From IMG/VR virus record IMGVR_UViG_3300042561_000402, positions 5,899-69,898 of that record: DNA of 64,000 nucleotides; one strand, 5' to 3'. The notes under the pieces are model-generated. The model saw only the letters and a list, made by a program, of their open reading frames with translations, did no database searches and was not told the DNA's origin. The stretch is from a virus. Shown piece by piece: positions 16,360 to 28,200 of this stretch; position 1 is the first letter of the stretch, and every line of letters starts with the position of its first letter. A program made the translations under genes and the position numbers.

Positions 16360-19300
16360 ATGAAAACAGAACAAACCACCATCGATATCACACCAACTTG
16401 GGAGGCATGCGTCCGCATCTATTGCGCGGTGCTGCGTAATCCCGATGCAAGTCAGGAAGCAGTGAGTCAGGCGGAGGATGAATTGCTCCGCCTTGGCAAG
16501 CACGTTGACAGTCTTCAATCAAAGTAAATTCTATGACCAAGCCTGTTCGCATGATTGAAGAGACGCGCAAAGCCTCGGAGTTAGTCAATGGTTTGCAGGA
16601 TGTTCTGGAGCAATGGGATTTGAACTATGGTCTAATCCCTCATCCCGAACGCGCAAAGCTTGACTCACTATGTAAAACCCTCATTAGCCTACACAACGAT
16701 TTGTTGGATGCGGCTTATGAGATGGAAGAAGAAAACACAACCACCACCACTCACTAAACCTATGGAAACCACAATCACAAGAAAACCTGTTGGATTCAAA
16801 GTAACCACACCAAGTGAAAACGGGCAAGGGGATTCCGCCTTGCAAGATCTATTCTTTGAAGCAATGAAGATTGCTGGTGCGGCGATTGCCTTGGCCGAAG
16901 ATTATTCGGGAGGCGAGTCAGAAACCGCACAATATCTATCGAAAGAATACGATAAACTGAATCTCAAATTCGATAAAGCGATTGATAAGCGTAATGCCAT
17001 GCATAATGCCATCGTTTACTCCAAAGTTTCCAAATAAAAATAGGACAATGAAAAAGCCTGAAACGTTCAAAATAATCACAGAAACAAACATCCCTTCCGA
17101 ACGTGTGGCAGATCTCCTCTGCTGTGCCTTTGAGGGTGGGAGTAATTACTGGGCAACTGTCAAAGAAAAGCGCTCGCCACTGGAATTCAATTTCCGATAC
17201 ATGGCAGATCTCTTCGAGAAACCCTGTTCTTATACCGATTACCCCTTGAATCGCGGAGGATTGCTTATGGTCGGAGATATTGAGGGAGATATGCCAGACG
17301 CACTGTTAGACTTGGGGACTATCCGAAATGGCTTGCAAGTCATGGCGTATAAATACCCTAAACACTGGCATGATTTCATCAACGACAACGAAGATGCCAC
17401 CACAGGGGATGTATTCCTGCAATGCTGTCTCTATGGGGAGGTCGTATTCGGATGAGCAACGAACTAATCCGCCCGAAAAACGTGAGGCAATACCTCTTGG
17501 ATTATGCTTCCAAGACTCGCCACCACAAATTCACCCAAGTCAGTCCAGACACTATTGACAGAATAGAAGCGGCGGCGAGAGCCGCATGCAAAACAATCGT
17601 AACTTCAGCACCATCGAAAGGAAAAACACTATGACCGAAAAAGACGAAATGCACCTTCTCCATCTGGAGGACAAATACGATGTGTCCTTTGAGGCACTAC
17701 CAGAAGACATTAGAGTCAGAGGGAATGCTTTGGCATCTGGAGATGATGAATTAGACAGAGAGGCAGAAGATGAAATTATCTCTCGACTTGAGTCTGGGGA
17801 TATCTTCGCATGGTTCACTGCCAAAGTAACTGTGCGTGATGACAAGGGAAACGAAGCAACGGATTACCTCGGATGCTGCAACTATCGTGACGAAGATGAT
17901 TTCCGCATGGGCGGCTATTATCTCGACATGGTGGAAGAATGCGTTCGCCAACTAAACCTCGCAGAATAAACCACATGAAAACCAAAGATCTAATCAAGCA
18001 ACTGTCGGAATTTGATCCGAACTCGGAGGTATTTGTTCAGAACGACAACTACCAGCAATTCAATCTGGAGGTTAAAGGATATACCAAGCCCGTGCTGGTT
18101 ATCTTTCCAAAGGAGTCAGAAGAATGAATCACTTCCCCTTGGTTGCCCACTTCTTCTCTCCCGCTCTGCGTCTGGCACCCTTGCCTTTGCGGTCTGGACG
18201 ATTACGCAGTGCTTCAAAGCGGATTGCTGCCTTCTCCTGCCAAGTCAGTGGGATCTTGGGAATCGGCTTGTCTGGTTGCGGGGCGGGAGCCTCGCCGTCA
18301 GACGGAGGGAAATCGTGAATCGACCAAGAAGATCTCATTATGTTTAAAGACGCACTCGGTAACACACACTTTGAAATCTGGCAAGGAATTAAGATCAATG
18401 GACGCACCTTCCAATCCGAAGCACTATACGAATTGTCTAAAGAATTCGGGGATGCAGAGATATTGGACGCCTGTATGCGTTTAGGATGTTTGCCATATGC
18501 TGCTGATTTACAAGCAATTAAAGAAGAATGTGAACGAATCGAAAACAGCTTTGTCTAACCAATACACACACCATGAAAACCATAGTCAAAGACGATAGAA
18601 CAGAAGAACAAAAGACCACCCATGTTTGGGCGGTAGTAGCCAATGATCGGGCCATGAGTAACTGGGGAATCGCCAAAGGCGGAACCTCCAGAGTCGCATG
18701 GGCTTGTCAATCCCACAGGGATGCCTCCAAGGTATTCGATTGGGTCAAGAGTCGCAGTGAGATGAAGTATGTCTCAATCGTTGATCTGCGAAACTACACG
18801 CCACCCAAAACTGACGCACACTTCCATGTGTATGTCTGTGATGGGGATCATATCGCACTGCAAGACAATGAGTAAGGAACAGGTCAAACTTTTCCAAGAC
18901 TTGTGGCATGACCTCATGCTGCTTGTCCGCAAACCCAAACAACCTTCGCTTCTGGCGGAGGGAATCTCATGGTGCAGCAATGTTCCTTGGGTTCCTCGTC
19001 TGGAAGCATACCAACAAACGGAGGATTGGATCTCCATCAAACACACAAACCATGAAAACACACTCGGCTAAATTCGGAAATATTGAACTGGATTATTCAC
19101 TAATCGATAACGTTGAAGAATACATAGATGTTGATATCTATGCTGTCCTTTCGAATAACGAAGAGTACCTCGTTAGAGTCTATAAATACAATGGTGAGGG
19201 AGATATCGTAGATCCCTCCTATCGTTATTCAAAAAATAGAACTGATGCATTTTCGAATAGAAATGTTAAGCCCCCCGAAGAAGTTAAGAATGCCATCAAT

Positions 19301-19605
19301 TCTATAATGCCACATATTACGGAGATTATTCTTAAAGAAGAAGAAGCGAGGAAATAAAAATGATACATCGTCACATAACTAAAGCTGGGCTCAACGCCGA
19401 AAAGCGTTGCAGGGGAAGGGTCACAATCTGGAACGACTCAAGTAATATTGAGCTAACTATGAGTGTGGCAGAATGCAAGAAACTGGAGCGCCAATACTTC
19501 ATCGATATTGAAGATATTATCTCCAATGACTTGATGGGTAAACTCTTGGAGCATTTCCGCGATCTCGGTCAACTCTACGATCAGGAAGATCTTTGCTTGG
19601 TATAA
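16360..19605 (+). other. run of small early/host-takeover CDS (16360-16527, 16533-16757, 16762-17037, 17048-17455, 17452-17634, 17631-17969, 17975-18127, 18340-18558, 18573-18875, 19052-19357, 19360-19605)
   Basis: Closely packed, mostly acidic ORFs with A/C-rich leaders, several starting ATG AAA AC. Confidence 0.7.
18129..18338 (-). CDS. possible small basic protein in inverted orientation
   Basis: Fills the gap between 18127 and 18340 almost exactly; MRSSWSIHDFPP..KAAIRFEALR. Confidence 0.4.
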   Translation of the reverse strand: MRSSWSIHDFPPSDGEAPAPQPDKPIPKIPLTWQEKAAIRFEALRNRPDRKGKGARRRAGEKKWATKGK

Positions 19606-19609
19606 CAAA

Positions 19610-20170
19610 ATGAAAACAATAGATCCAAACAACATCACAGACTTCCAGCGCACAGATGCTGAACTGGAATCATTCATGGTCTTCGCCATCGCAGTCGCGG
19701 GGAAGAAGGCATCCATGACGGCAGACCTTGTGGGCAAGGTTCTGGGACAAGCAAAGCCAGACGAGAGTCCTTTTGAATATCTCAAGCAGATTCCCTTGGA
19801 GGATCATCTGCGGTTCTGGAAGGTCGGACAGTATAGGCGTATCCTCCCCGCTTTGCTGGGAGTGATGAAACTAAATCTCCGCACTTGCACCATGGGAGAC
19901 CTCCTCAAGGTTCACGGAATCGGGCCAAAGACAGCAAACTTCTTCTTGCTCCATTCCCGCCCGAACCATGAGGGGGCAGTGTTGGATACCCATATTCTTC
20001 GCTGGATGCGGGAGGTTCATGGAGTCAAAACTCCCAAGCAAACACCCAGTGGCAAACGCTATGACCAGTTGGAGAAACAGGCAAGGGAGCTTATCGCTTC
20101 GTCCTTTCCCCATCTTTGTCTGGCGGATGCCGATCTATTCATTTGGAAAATGATGAGCAACAATGAGTAA
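19610..20170 (+). CDS. HhH-family DNA glycosylase/AP lyase (Ogg-like)
   Basis: LLKVHGIGPKTANFFL (HhH with Lys) and AVLDTHILRWM (Asp). Confidence 0.8.
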   Translation: MKTIDPNNITDFQRTDAELESFMVFAIAVAGKKASMTADLVGKVLGQAKPDESPFEYLKQIPLEDHLRFWKVGQYRRILPALLGVMKLNLRTCTMGDLLKVHGIGPKTANFFLLHSRPNHEGAVLDTHILRWMREVHGVKTPKQTPSGKRYDQLEKQARELIASSFPHLCLADADLFIWKMMSNNE

Positions 20171-21528
20171 GGTCATACTCAACATAGCAGGGGAGAGAAT
20201 TCCAGTGCTGTTCGACGGCACAAGGGTTACTTCTCCAGACTTCCCAGATATCGAAATGGAATTCTTTGCCCAGTGTGGGCACAGGATTAGCCAGCAAATG
20301 CTGGTTGATGTTTGCAAACAGAAACTTGCCGCCCAATAGTGAAAACCTACCACACAGCAAAAGCGGCACAGGCAGACCAGTCAGAAGTGGCGGTCATCTA
20401 CAACGAGTCCAATACCTCACAACTTTCCATCACCATGGAGGAAATAGAAGAATACGAGGCACATAGCGGATTCGGGGTTGAGGATGTTACGCCCGATTGG
20501 ATTCTGTTTGATATACTGATGTGGTGCAAAGACATAAAATAAAACACACAACAATGACTGCCACACTAAAAGAAAATCAGATCAAGGGTATACCAGCAGG
20601 AACCTACTGGTTCTTGGGCGACCATGCCATCCGCATGGTAAACAAATCGGTACTGTCGGACGATTCCTATAAGTTGCCGAACGAATTCCTACAAAAACTA
20701 ATAAACAAATCCAAATGAACAACCATACCTGTAGCTACAAAGTCGGCTTCGATAGAGAAATTCAAGTCTCTGGGGAATCGTTTTACGTCAATCTGGATGC
20801 TTCTGTGGAATTCGACAACGAGGCGGAGGCCAAGAATGTTGAGATCACCGAATGCATTATTGAAAACGACAAGGGAGAAACCCTGTCTTGGGATCTGGAG
20901 GGCAGACAACTTGAAAGAGTTGTTGTGAATAACTATCCAGACTTAACATCTGCCATAGATAATACCCTGTGGGCAGAAATCGAAACGTATGCTTCGGACA
21001 ACTATAGCGACATCGCTAAAGACATTGACGAAGATTACGAAATGGCAAGGGCCGAATGGTTTAGGGATTAAGTTCATGCCAAGAAGACTGATCAAAGCAT
21101 GGGTCTGGGACGATTTTCCGATACCCAAAGAGATTGCCCCCTTGCCCGTGATGAAACATCCCTTGCATGACTTTCTCAAGCAACTGGAGGTGGGAGAGTG
21201 CCTTGAGTTGCCAGAAATGTTCCACAAGGTCACAACCAACAGGCTCATAGCCATCAAACAACGTCATGCCAAGACAATGGGAAAGCGTTTCAAATTCCGA
21301 ACGATTCACCCCAAGCCTTGGTCTAAAGAAAAAGTAACCTATATCATCCAAAGAACAAAATAAATGAAACCATACGCATTCCTATCACTAATCGTCGCTA
21401 TCACAGGCTTTCTTGCCGTAGTGACTGCCATCGAAGCACCACGCAAACCAAAGAAAGAGGGTGAGACAATCTATGTCCTACCCCTTGTCGAGGAAATGCC
21501 ATCAAATCCTAATCCACTTAGTTTTTGA
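20163..21528 (+). other. small hypothetical CDS (20163-20339, 20339-20542, 20554-20718, 20715-21071, 21076-21363, 21364-21528)
   Basis: Closely packed ORFs leading into the primase. Confidence 0.6.
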
Positions 21529-23105
21529 TCTCCGAAACTACCATCGCTTCGATAGCGGAAAACGTCCGTCTCTCTGAAGTAGCAGGGGATTACTTCCCCG
21601 TGAAAAGGAGGGGCGGGCGGTTCTCCGCGCTATGTCCATTCCATAGGGAAAAGACTCCATCATTCTTCATCAATGATGATAAGAACACCTATAAGTGTTT
21701 TGGATGCGGGGCTGGAGGATCTGTCTTCCGCTTCGTCATGGAGATGGACAAGATCAAATTCCCCGAAGCCGTACGAAAACTTGGGGCCAAGGCTGGGATA
21801 GCCATAGAAGAGCAGGAAAGTGAAGTTGACAAATTACGAAGGGGCTTGCTATCCGTAGTTTACAAAGCTCACCAACAATTTTTCAATTTGCTGCTGGGTG
21901 GTGAAGGGCGCGATACTCGTAGTGCCCTAAAAGTCAGGGGGTTTAATCGGGAAATCTGTGAAGAGTGGAAGATCGGCTTTGCTCCGAATAAGTATACCCT
22001 GTCTGGTAATACCGACGATCACACCCTGTCAGGGTTAGCCTATGAGAACGGGACACTACGTTTTACCAATCGGATTATGTTCGGGATAGCTGATGAGGGT
22101 GGGACTCTGGTCGGATTTAGTGGGAGAACTACCGACAACCACCCCGCCAAGTATCTTAATAGCCCAGAATCATCTATTTTTCACAAGGGTAAACTACTGT
22201 ATGGGCTGGATAAGGCCAAGAGATCCATCATAGACAGGGGGGTTACAGTCATAGTCGAGGGGCAGATTGATACTATCAGATGCCACTTGGCTGGAATTAC
22301 TAATACTGTTGCCCCATTAGGCACAGGCTTTACCGCATTCCATGGCTCCACTATTAGACGCTTATGCGAGGAGGCTGTCTTGGTGTTCGACGGCGATAAG
22401 GCGGGGCGAGAGGCGTCATTTAAAGCGTTTGCAGGGCTGGCAAGCCTCGGTGTCAGAGTTAAGTCTGTCATGCTGCCAGACGGAGATCCCGATTCCTTCT
22501 TGATTTCGGGCGGAGATCTTGCGAGTCTTATATCGAATGCCAAGCTTTACCCCGAAGCATTGGCTGAATCTCTGGATAAAAACTCAATTGAGGACAAACA
22601 AATTGCCATGGGCAAGGTCGGGCAAGCCCTATCAGTCTTGGAAGATGGAATTGAGCGTGATGAATTGGCTAATCGTTGTGCGAAACTACTTGGCATCAAG
22701 CCATCACAGTTAAAGAAACAAGCCGCCATGGGCGGTGGACACATAGCCCTCCCCACCGAAACCCGCTACGGAGAGCAAAAAGGAGAGGCTTGGAAACAGT
22801 TGGTAGCTCATCTTCTTCTTTGTGGGAAGGAGTCTGCGAACACCTACAATTGGAAGTTGTTGTCGGACGGCGACATCCAGACCATCATGGACTCGGACTA
22901 CGAGGCAGGGAACCCCTCCTCCATAGCCAAAATTATATCCCAATTGGACAACAATGCGGAGGCCGCGATCCAAGGTATATCCCATCAGGATATAGCCGAT
23001 CTGGATATACATAGTATATACAAGTCCATGTTGGAAGCGGAGATCAAGCGCCGCACCTCCATAGTTGACTTGATGCCCCTTTTGGATACGCTCAAATCTC
23101 TGTGA
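21525..23105 (+). CDS. dnaG: DNA primase
   Basis: CPFH..C-F-G-C CHC2 finger, FSGR, KYLNSPE, VEGQID, FDGDKAG, DPD. Confidence 0.96.
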   Translation: MISETTIASIAENVRLSEVAGDYFPVKRRGGRFSALCPFHREKTPSFFINDDKNTYKCFGCGAGGSVFRFVMEMDKIKFPEAVRKLGAKAGIAIEEQESEVDKLRRGLLSVVYKAHQQFFNLLLGGEGRDTRSALKVRGFNREICEEWKIGFAPNKYTLSGNTDDHTLSGLAYENGTLRFTNRIMFGIADEGGTLVGFSGRTTDNHPAKYLNSPESSIFHKGKLLYGLDKAKRSIIDRGVTVIVEGQIDTIRCHLAGITNTVAPLGTGFTAFHGSTIRRLCEEAVLVFDGDKAGREASFKAFAGLASLGVRVKSVMLPDGDPDSFLISGGDLASLISNAKLYPEALAESLDKNSIEDKQIAMGKVGQALSVLEDGIERDELANRCAKLLGIKPSQLKKQAAMGGGHIALPTETRYGEQKGEAWKQLVAHLLLCGKESANTYNWKLLSDGDIQTIMDSDYEAGNPSSIAKIISQLDNNAEAAIQGISHQDIADLDIHSIYKSMLEAEIKRRTSIVDLMPLLDTLKSL

Positions 23106-23764
23106 AAAACATCAAAGAACTTCCGAACGGCATCTGGGTGGTATCAAATGATACCCACATCTCCAAGTGGGTTGAGGAACACAACAGTCTCAAATGCGAT
23201 CCTCATTTGTTTCAATGGTTGGAACCTCGGCTATCGGGTTGCAAAAGAGTTTGGGATGTGGGGGCAAACATTGGAGACCATACCAGATTCTATCTGGATG
23301 CTGGCCTTATGGTTATAGCTTTTGAGCCCAATCCTAATGCCTACGAATGCCTTAAGCGTAATTGCGGAGAGGCTATCTGCAAGAATGTGGCCGCATCCGA
23401 TGTGCGCGGAACTATCAAAATGAATCTGTTGGATAATGTTGGGGCTTCCCACATTGACGATAATGGACAGGTCGAGGTGGACGCTATTCCGCTGGACGAA
23501 CTGGAAGAGGCTATTTGGCCACCAGACTTTATCAAGATTGATGTGGAGGGATTTGAGTCCAAGGCTTTGGCTGGCATGGAGGGGATTATCCAAAAGAAAA
23601 AGCCGAAGCTGTTTGTCGAGTTTAACCATGGTGCGCTGGAACGCTGCGGCTCAAACCCGAAGCAACTCAAGGATCAGATCGAATCCTACGGCTATACCAA
23701 CTTTGAAATCTATCCACCCAAAGCAACCCCCGAAGACCTTCAATATGACTACTTCTGCTATTAA
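23102..23764 (+). CDS. FkbM-family methyltransferase
   Basis: DVGANIG, AFEPN, FIKIDVEGFE, LFVE. Confidence 0.9.
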   Translation: MKNIKELPNGIWVVSNDTHISKWVEEHNSLKCDPHLFQWLEPRLSGCKRVWDVGANIGDHTRFYLDAGLMVIAFEPNPNAYECLKRNCGEAICKNVAASDVRGTIKMNLLDNVGASHIDDNGQVEVDAIPLDELEEAIWPPDFIKIDVEGFESKALAGMEGIIQKKKPKLFVEFNHGALERCGSNPKQLKDQIESYGYTNFEIYPPKATPEDLQYDYFCY

Positions 23765-24449
23765 ACCACACATCCTGATTAGAACCTACAACAGGGATCG
23801 TGACTGGTTGGAGTATTGTCTTAAGTCAATTCAGAAGCACAATCCAGAATTGGGACTAACTGTGGTTGCGCCAGAAGGTCATGATGTTGGCTGTCCGTGT
23901 GCCCACGTTTCTCCCGTACACTTGGATGGTTACATTGACCAGCAATATACCAAGCTTCGCGCCATCTCTTACATACCAGAGGATGCCACCCATGTAATCC
24001 ATATTGATTCGGATTGCATTGTGCTGGGCAACTTGATGGATCTTTTTATTGATGGTAAGCCAATCCTGCTCAAGACTCCTTGGCATCTCATTGATAATGA
24101 CGCCAAGGTTTGGCACGGGGTTACCCAGCACTACCTCGGATTTAGCCCAGAATATGAATACATGCGGAGAATGCCGCTTATATATCCTTCCCGTATATAC
24201 AACGATCTTACAATCTATTTGGAGGAACGCCATGGATTCATGTCAAAATGGTTCCACAAGATTGATGGGCGAAGACTCAGTGAGTTTAACTTGCTCGGAG
24301 CATACGCTGATCGGTTTATGCCAGAGGAGTTTCACTGGGTTGATACATCAAAAGAACCCCTGCCACCTCTTGTGGTGAAGCAGGGATGGAGTTGGGGCGG
24401 GTTTGCTGCCATGAAAGACGAGTGGGACATGCTCTATGCTAAATCCTGA
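23745..24449 (+). CDS. GT-A glycosyltransferase-like protein
   Basis: ILIRTY..LEYCLKSI, GYIDQQYTKL, HIDSDC (DxD), SEFNLLG; ATG at 23745. Confidence 0.7.
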   Translation: MTTSAIKPHILIRTYNRDRDWLEYCLKSIQKHNPELGLTVVAPEGHDVGCPCAHVSPVHLDGYIDQQYTKLRAISYIPEDATHVIHIDSDCIVLGNLMDLFIDGKPILLKTPWHLIDNDAKVWHGVTQHYLGFSPEYEYMRRMPLIYPSRIYNDLTIYLEERHGFMSKWFHKIDGRRLSEFNLLGAYADRFMPEEFHWVDTSKEPLPPLVVKQGWSWGGFAAMKDEWDMLYAKS

Positions 24450-25224
24450 CCTGTTTCGCCGCGCTCCTGAATGCCGTTCCGCCCCACCAGAGGGTTATGT
24501 ATGGACTCCGCCGCCACTAAATCTGGCGTTTCTTTTCTGTTCTCGCGACTATGGGCAGGCTATTCGTGTATTAACTTGGGCCAAGGATCTTGGAAAACAA
24601 CCCAACGAAATCCACTTCATTACGGACGAGGGACTGGATTGTAGTGCTGCTGTAGAGATTGCGAAAAAAGTATTTAAGAAATGCGTAGTGCATTACATTC
24701 CGCTCTGTCACATGCCTTGGCCAGCATGCAATAACCATGCCTTTGCCGAAACCTGTAAGATTATGGCAGGACTTGGCAAGCCTTGGTTGCTTTGGGAAAC
24801 GGACATGATCCCATCCCAGCCTGATTGGGTTGCTCGCTTGGAGGGGGAGTATCAGAAGGCTAAACGTCCCTTCATGGGAGCTTGGGTGGACTGCTTTGAC
24901 CACATCAACGGAGGGGCAATCTATCCTCCCGATGTCATCTCATGGTGTCCAAAATTCTTTAGCCAGCCAGCCACTTCTCAAATGGCTTTTGATTGTGCGA
25001 TAGCCCCAGAGATCATCTGGTTTTCGCATCCAGCCAACCACATGATGCCAAACATCTTTTATTCAAGATCCAATGGGCGACCAGCAGGACTTATCCCTAA
25101 TCCTACAGTGTGGAATCCCAAGGTGTTTGAATGGGTGCATACCCATGACGCTTGTATTATTCACCGTGATAAGCGCGGAGAATGTATTGATTTTCTCCGT
25201 GAGAAATTCGGTGTTCGCAAATAG
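24436..25224 (+). CDS. glycosyltransferase-like protein
   Basis: PWPACNNHAF..LWETDMIP..WVARLEGEY..GGAIYPP..IHRDKRG; paralogue of 2660-3616. Confidence 0.5.
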   Translation: MLNPDLFRRAPECRSAPPEGYVWTPPPLNLAFLFCSRDYGQAIRVLTWAKDLGKQPNEIHFITDEGLDCSAAVEIAKKVFKKCVVHYIPLCHMPWPACNNHAFAETCKIMAGLGKPWLLWETDMIPSQPDWVARLEGEYQKAKRPFMGAWVDCFDHINGGAIYPPDVISWCPKFFSQPATSQMAFDCAIAPEIIWFSHPANHMMPNIFYSRSNGRPAGLIPNPTVWNPKVFEWVHTHDACIIHRDKRGECIDFLREKFGVRK

Positions 25225-25230
25225 CGAATG

Positions 25231-28200
25231 TTAGTAGGTTGAAACCTTCCTGACCCAACGGGCTCGGATCTCGGACAGCCTTTTGCTGATACGCTTTTTG
25301 CCACGCTCAAGAGCCTGCTCGCTCACTTCGGCATCAGGATCATAGTTGCTGTTCAGCCACTTCTTGAATTCCTGTCCAACGCCGATGGCAAACTCACCAT
25401 ACTGTTCTTCGGTCATGGGAGCCTTCTCCCCATCAATCAAGGCTTCGGCCCTGCGAGGATTGGGCATATAAGGATAAGCATCGTATTTGGCGAGGATGCG
25501 GGATTCTCGGCTTGGCTTCGGAAACGCCACAAACCTACCAGCAAGACGATCAAGAAGGGGCTTGCCCTCACCAATCGGTTCTCCAAACATATTCATCTTC
25601 GGGCCACCAAGGCGACGAGCAAATGGCATCTGGTCGATAATGATGCCCTTCACACCTTGAGAGTCATATTGCTGGGGATCGAAAAGACGATCAATGTAGC
25701 GCAAGAAGTTGGGGAACAGCATGCCAGTCTTTCCTTCAGCAAACTTCTCAAACCTTTTAACCATGTCGGTATTTGATTTCATGTTGAACAAATCAATCAA
25801 ATCTGCGGCACCTTGGAAGAAGGGAAGCTCCATAACAATGGCGGGAACAAACGAGACGCTGGCCATCAGTCTATAGGCATAAGATGCATCATCTTTGGCG
25901 TTGTATTTATTCCAGTTGACCATATTGGCCATGACCGAAAGCGGCACAGCCCAAGGACTGTAGACAAAGCTGATTTGTGGCCCATTACCAAAACGGAAGG
26001 TGTATGGCTTATTGCCATCATCAGACCATTGCTTGCGCTCCTCTTCATCCGAAGGCCCGCGACCATTCAGTGTCATGATGCCAGCCTTGATCAGGCCACC
26101 AAGCAATCCCATAACCATGACGGATGAGTTGGCCTTGAAAAGTTGTGCCCTCCATTCGGGTGTTCCTTTGGCGTATGGGGCTACATAATATTTTGAGTCC
26201 ACACCATACCATCCACCAGTTCCCATGAACAAACGCTTATAGCCCCAAGGAGACCAATCCAGCCACTTATTGAAAAGGTTAACTGGAGTGATGATAAACG
26301 GAGACACTGTGAGCTTGAGCGCATTACGAACCCAAGGATTATCAATCTTTTCAAATGCAGAGTTAACAGTGGCGGCAAGTTGTCCAGCCACACCAACAGG
26401 CATGTTGCGGTAAACGTCACGCAATCCACGCTCAAAGCTGCGATCCTTGATATCAGCAGGAATCTTCTCATCCTGAATTTCAATGGCACGGAACTTGGCC
26501 TCGGTTCCCATATAGCCCTCGGCCTCGGCTTGTTGTAGTGCTTTCTGATATGCACCATCTCCCACATTCAGGATCTCATGGATGCGCTTCTGCTTGGAGC
26601 GCCCCTTCAATCCTTCTTCTGTGGCAATACGGGCAGCTTCGGCGTAACGCTGACCTTCAACAGATGCTGAAAAGTTGAGAGCATCCTGTGCCTCAAGAAG
26701 TCTGCCAACCCATTTAGCGGCATTAAGAAACTTGGCTGGCTTGGATTCCAAGATGGATTGAGCAACAGAATTAGCACCTTCTTTGGATGCCAGTTTTACT
26801 CCGCCCTTCTTACCAAAACGAACAAGCTCTGCAATAAGCGGGGCTTTCTCTTCAAAGCTGGGCATATTGATTCGGCGTCCAGTCTTCATTACCTCTACGG
26901 CTTCAAATATTCCCTTGCGATAGCCATTAACAACACCGCGAAGTCTGGAGAAGTCCTTGATAGAGACAGCATCAGCAAAGGCATTTGCGAAGTTGTTGAT
27001 CAGTGTATCCACAATGTTGACCATGTGGGTGTCGGGACTGGATAGGATATTGGCATAGATAAACCCAGAACCAAGATCTGCTAGGTTGAATCCCTTCTGT
27101 CGGGCAATCTCAACCATTAGGTTTTGCGTCATCAGCCTGCGTTGTAGTCCGTCATCCATATCTTGGATGTCTTGTGCCATCTCGTAAATCTTGTCTGCAA
27201 ATTTCTGATCCCAAGTTGGCAAATCAAAGCGGTTGGCCATGATTTCGTATGCATCTTGGTCTGTCAGGGCTCCCATGTTTGTTAGTTCAAAGAACTTCTT
27301 GAGTGGGGTTTCTTTGATGGGGTCAGACTTTTCTTGAGGTTTCTTAAAACGCTCCAAGGCTTTTTGGCGGCGGGCATCAGCTTTTTCGCGGAAGTCTTTA
27401 ATGATGGACTGTGAAAGCCTGCGGGCATCAGCAAGCGGAATGTTTAGGTCTGCAATCAAGCGTTGTTGAAGCTTGGCATCAATTTCGCCCCTATCCCTTC
27501 TGCTGGAACGATACCACCTATTGTATTCAGCAATCAGAGATATACCCAAATTCTTCGTTTTTTGTCCCACAAATCGGCTTACAAGCTTTTCGCTAACAGG
27601 GAAGTCCTGAATCTTTGGGGCAAGCTTTTGCAGAAATTCTTCTGCGGCCAGCGCTTGAAAATAAGCCGCATTACCCTCTTCAGTTTCGGAAGCTTCAGTT
27701 TCAAGCTCTTCGACTTTGGCGCTGATATCACGCAAGGCTTTATTGAAAGCCTCTTGATATTTTTCTTTATTGTTCAAGGCATCCTCAACCATGGCTTGGA
27801 AAGACTTCGGAGTGGAAGCCTGACGTTCTGATTCAGGAATAAAGCCAAGCAAGTTTTCTGTAAGCCTGTCGGTAAACAGAAGGAGTGACGGAGGAACCTT
27901 TTTCTGTGGATCACGCATCAGGCGACGAGCAAGGCGATCAGAGAACATCGATTGGTAGTTTTCCCATATGGTGGGACGCTCTCCATAGATATATTTATTC
28001 TCGCGGGCCAACTGACGCTTAACGCGCATCCGCTCTTCCTGCATTGCATCAAAGCGTTCTTTTTCGCTTTTTGTGGCAACCCTTGAATCGCGCAATTTTT
28101 GTGCAGACTCGTCAATTTTTTGCGCCGTTTCTTGCGAGATGCCCATAGCTCTTGCATCAGCAAGGAAGTCTTTGTTGTATTTACGAAGATGGCCATTTAC

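Noticed and set aside
23436-23744. Long overlap of the GT ORF with FkbM
   Set aside because: The ATG at 23745 gives a normal short overlap; the extension has no motifs
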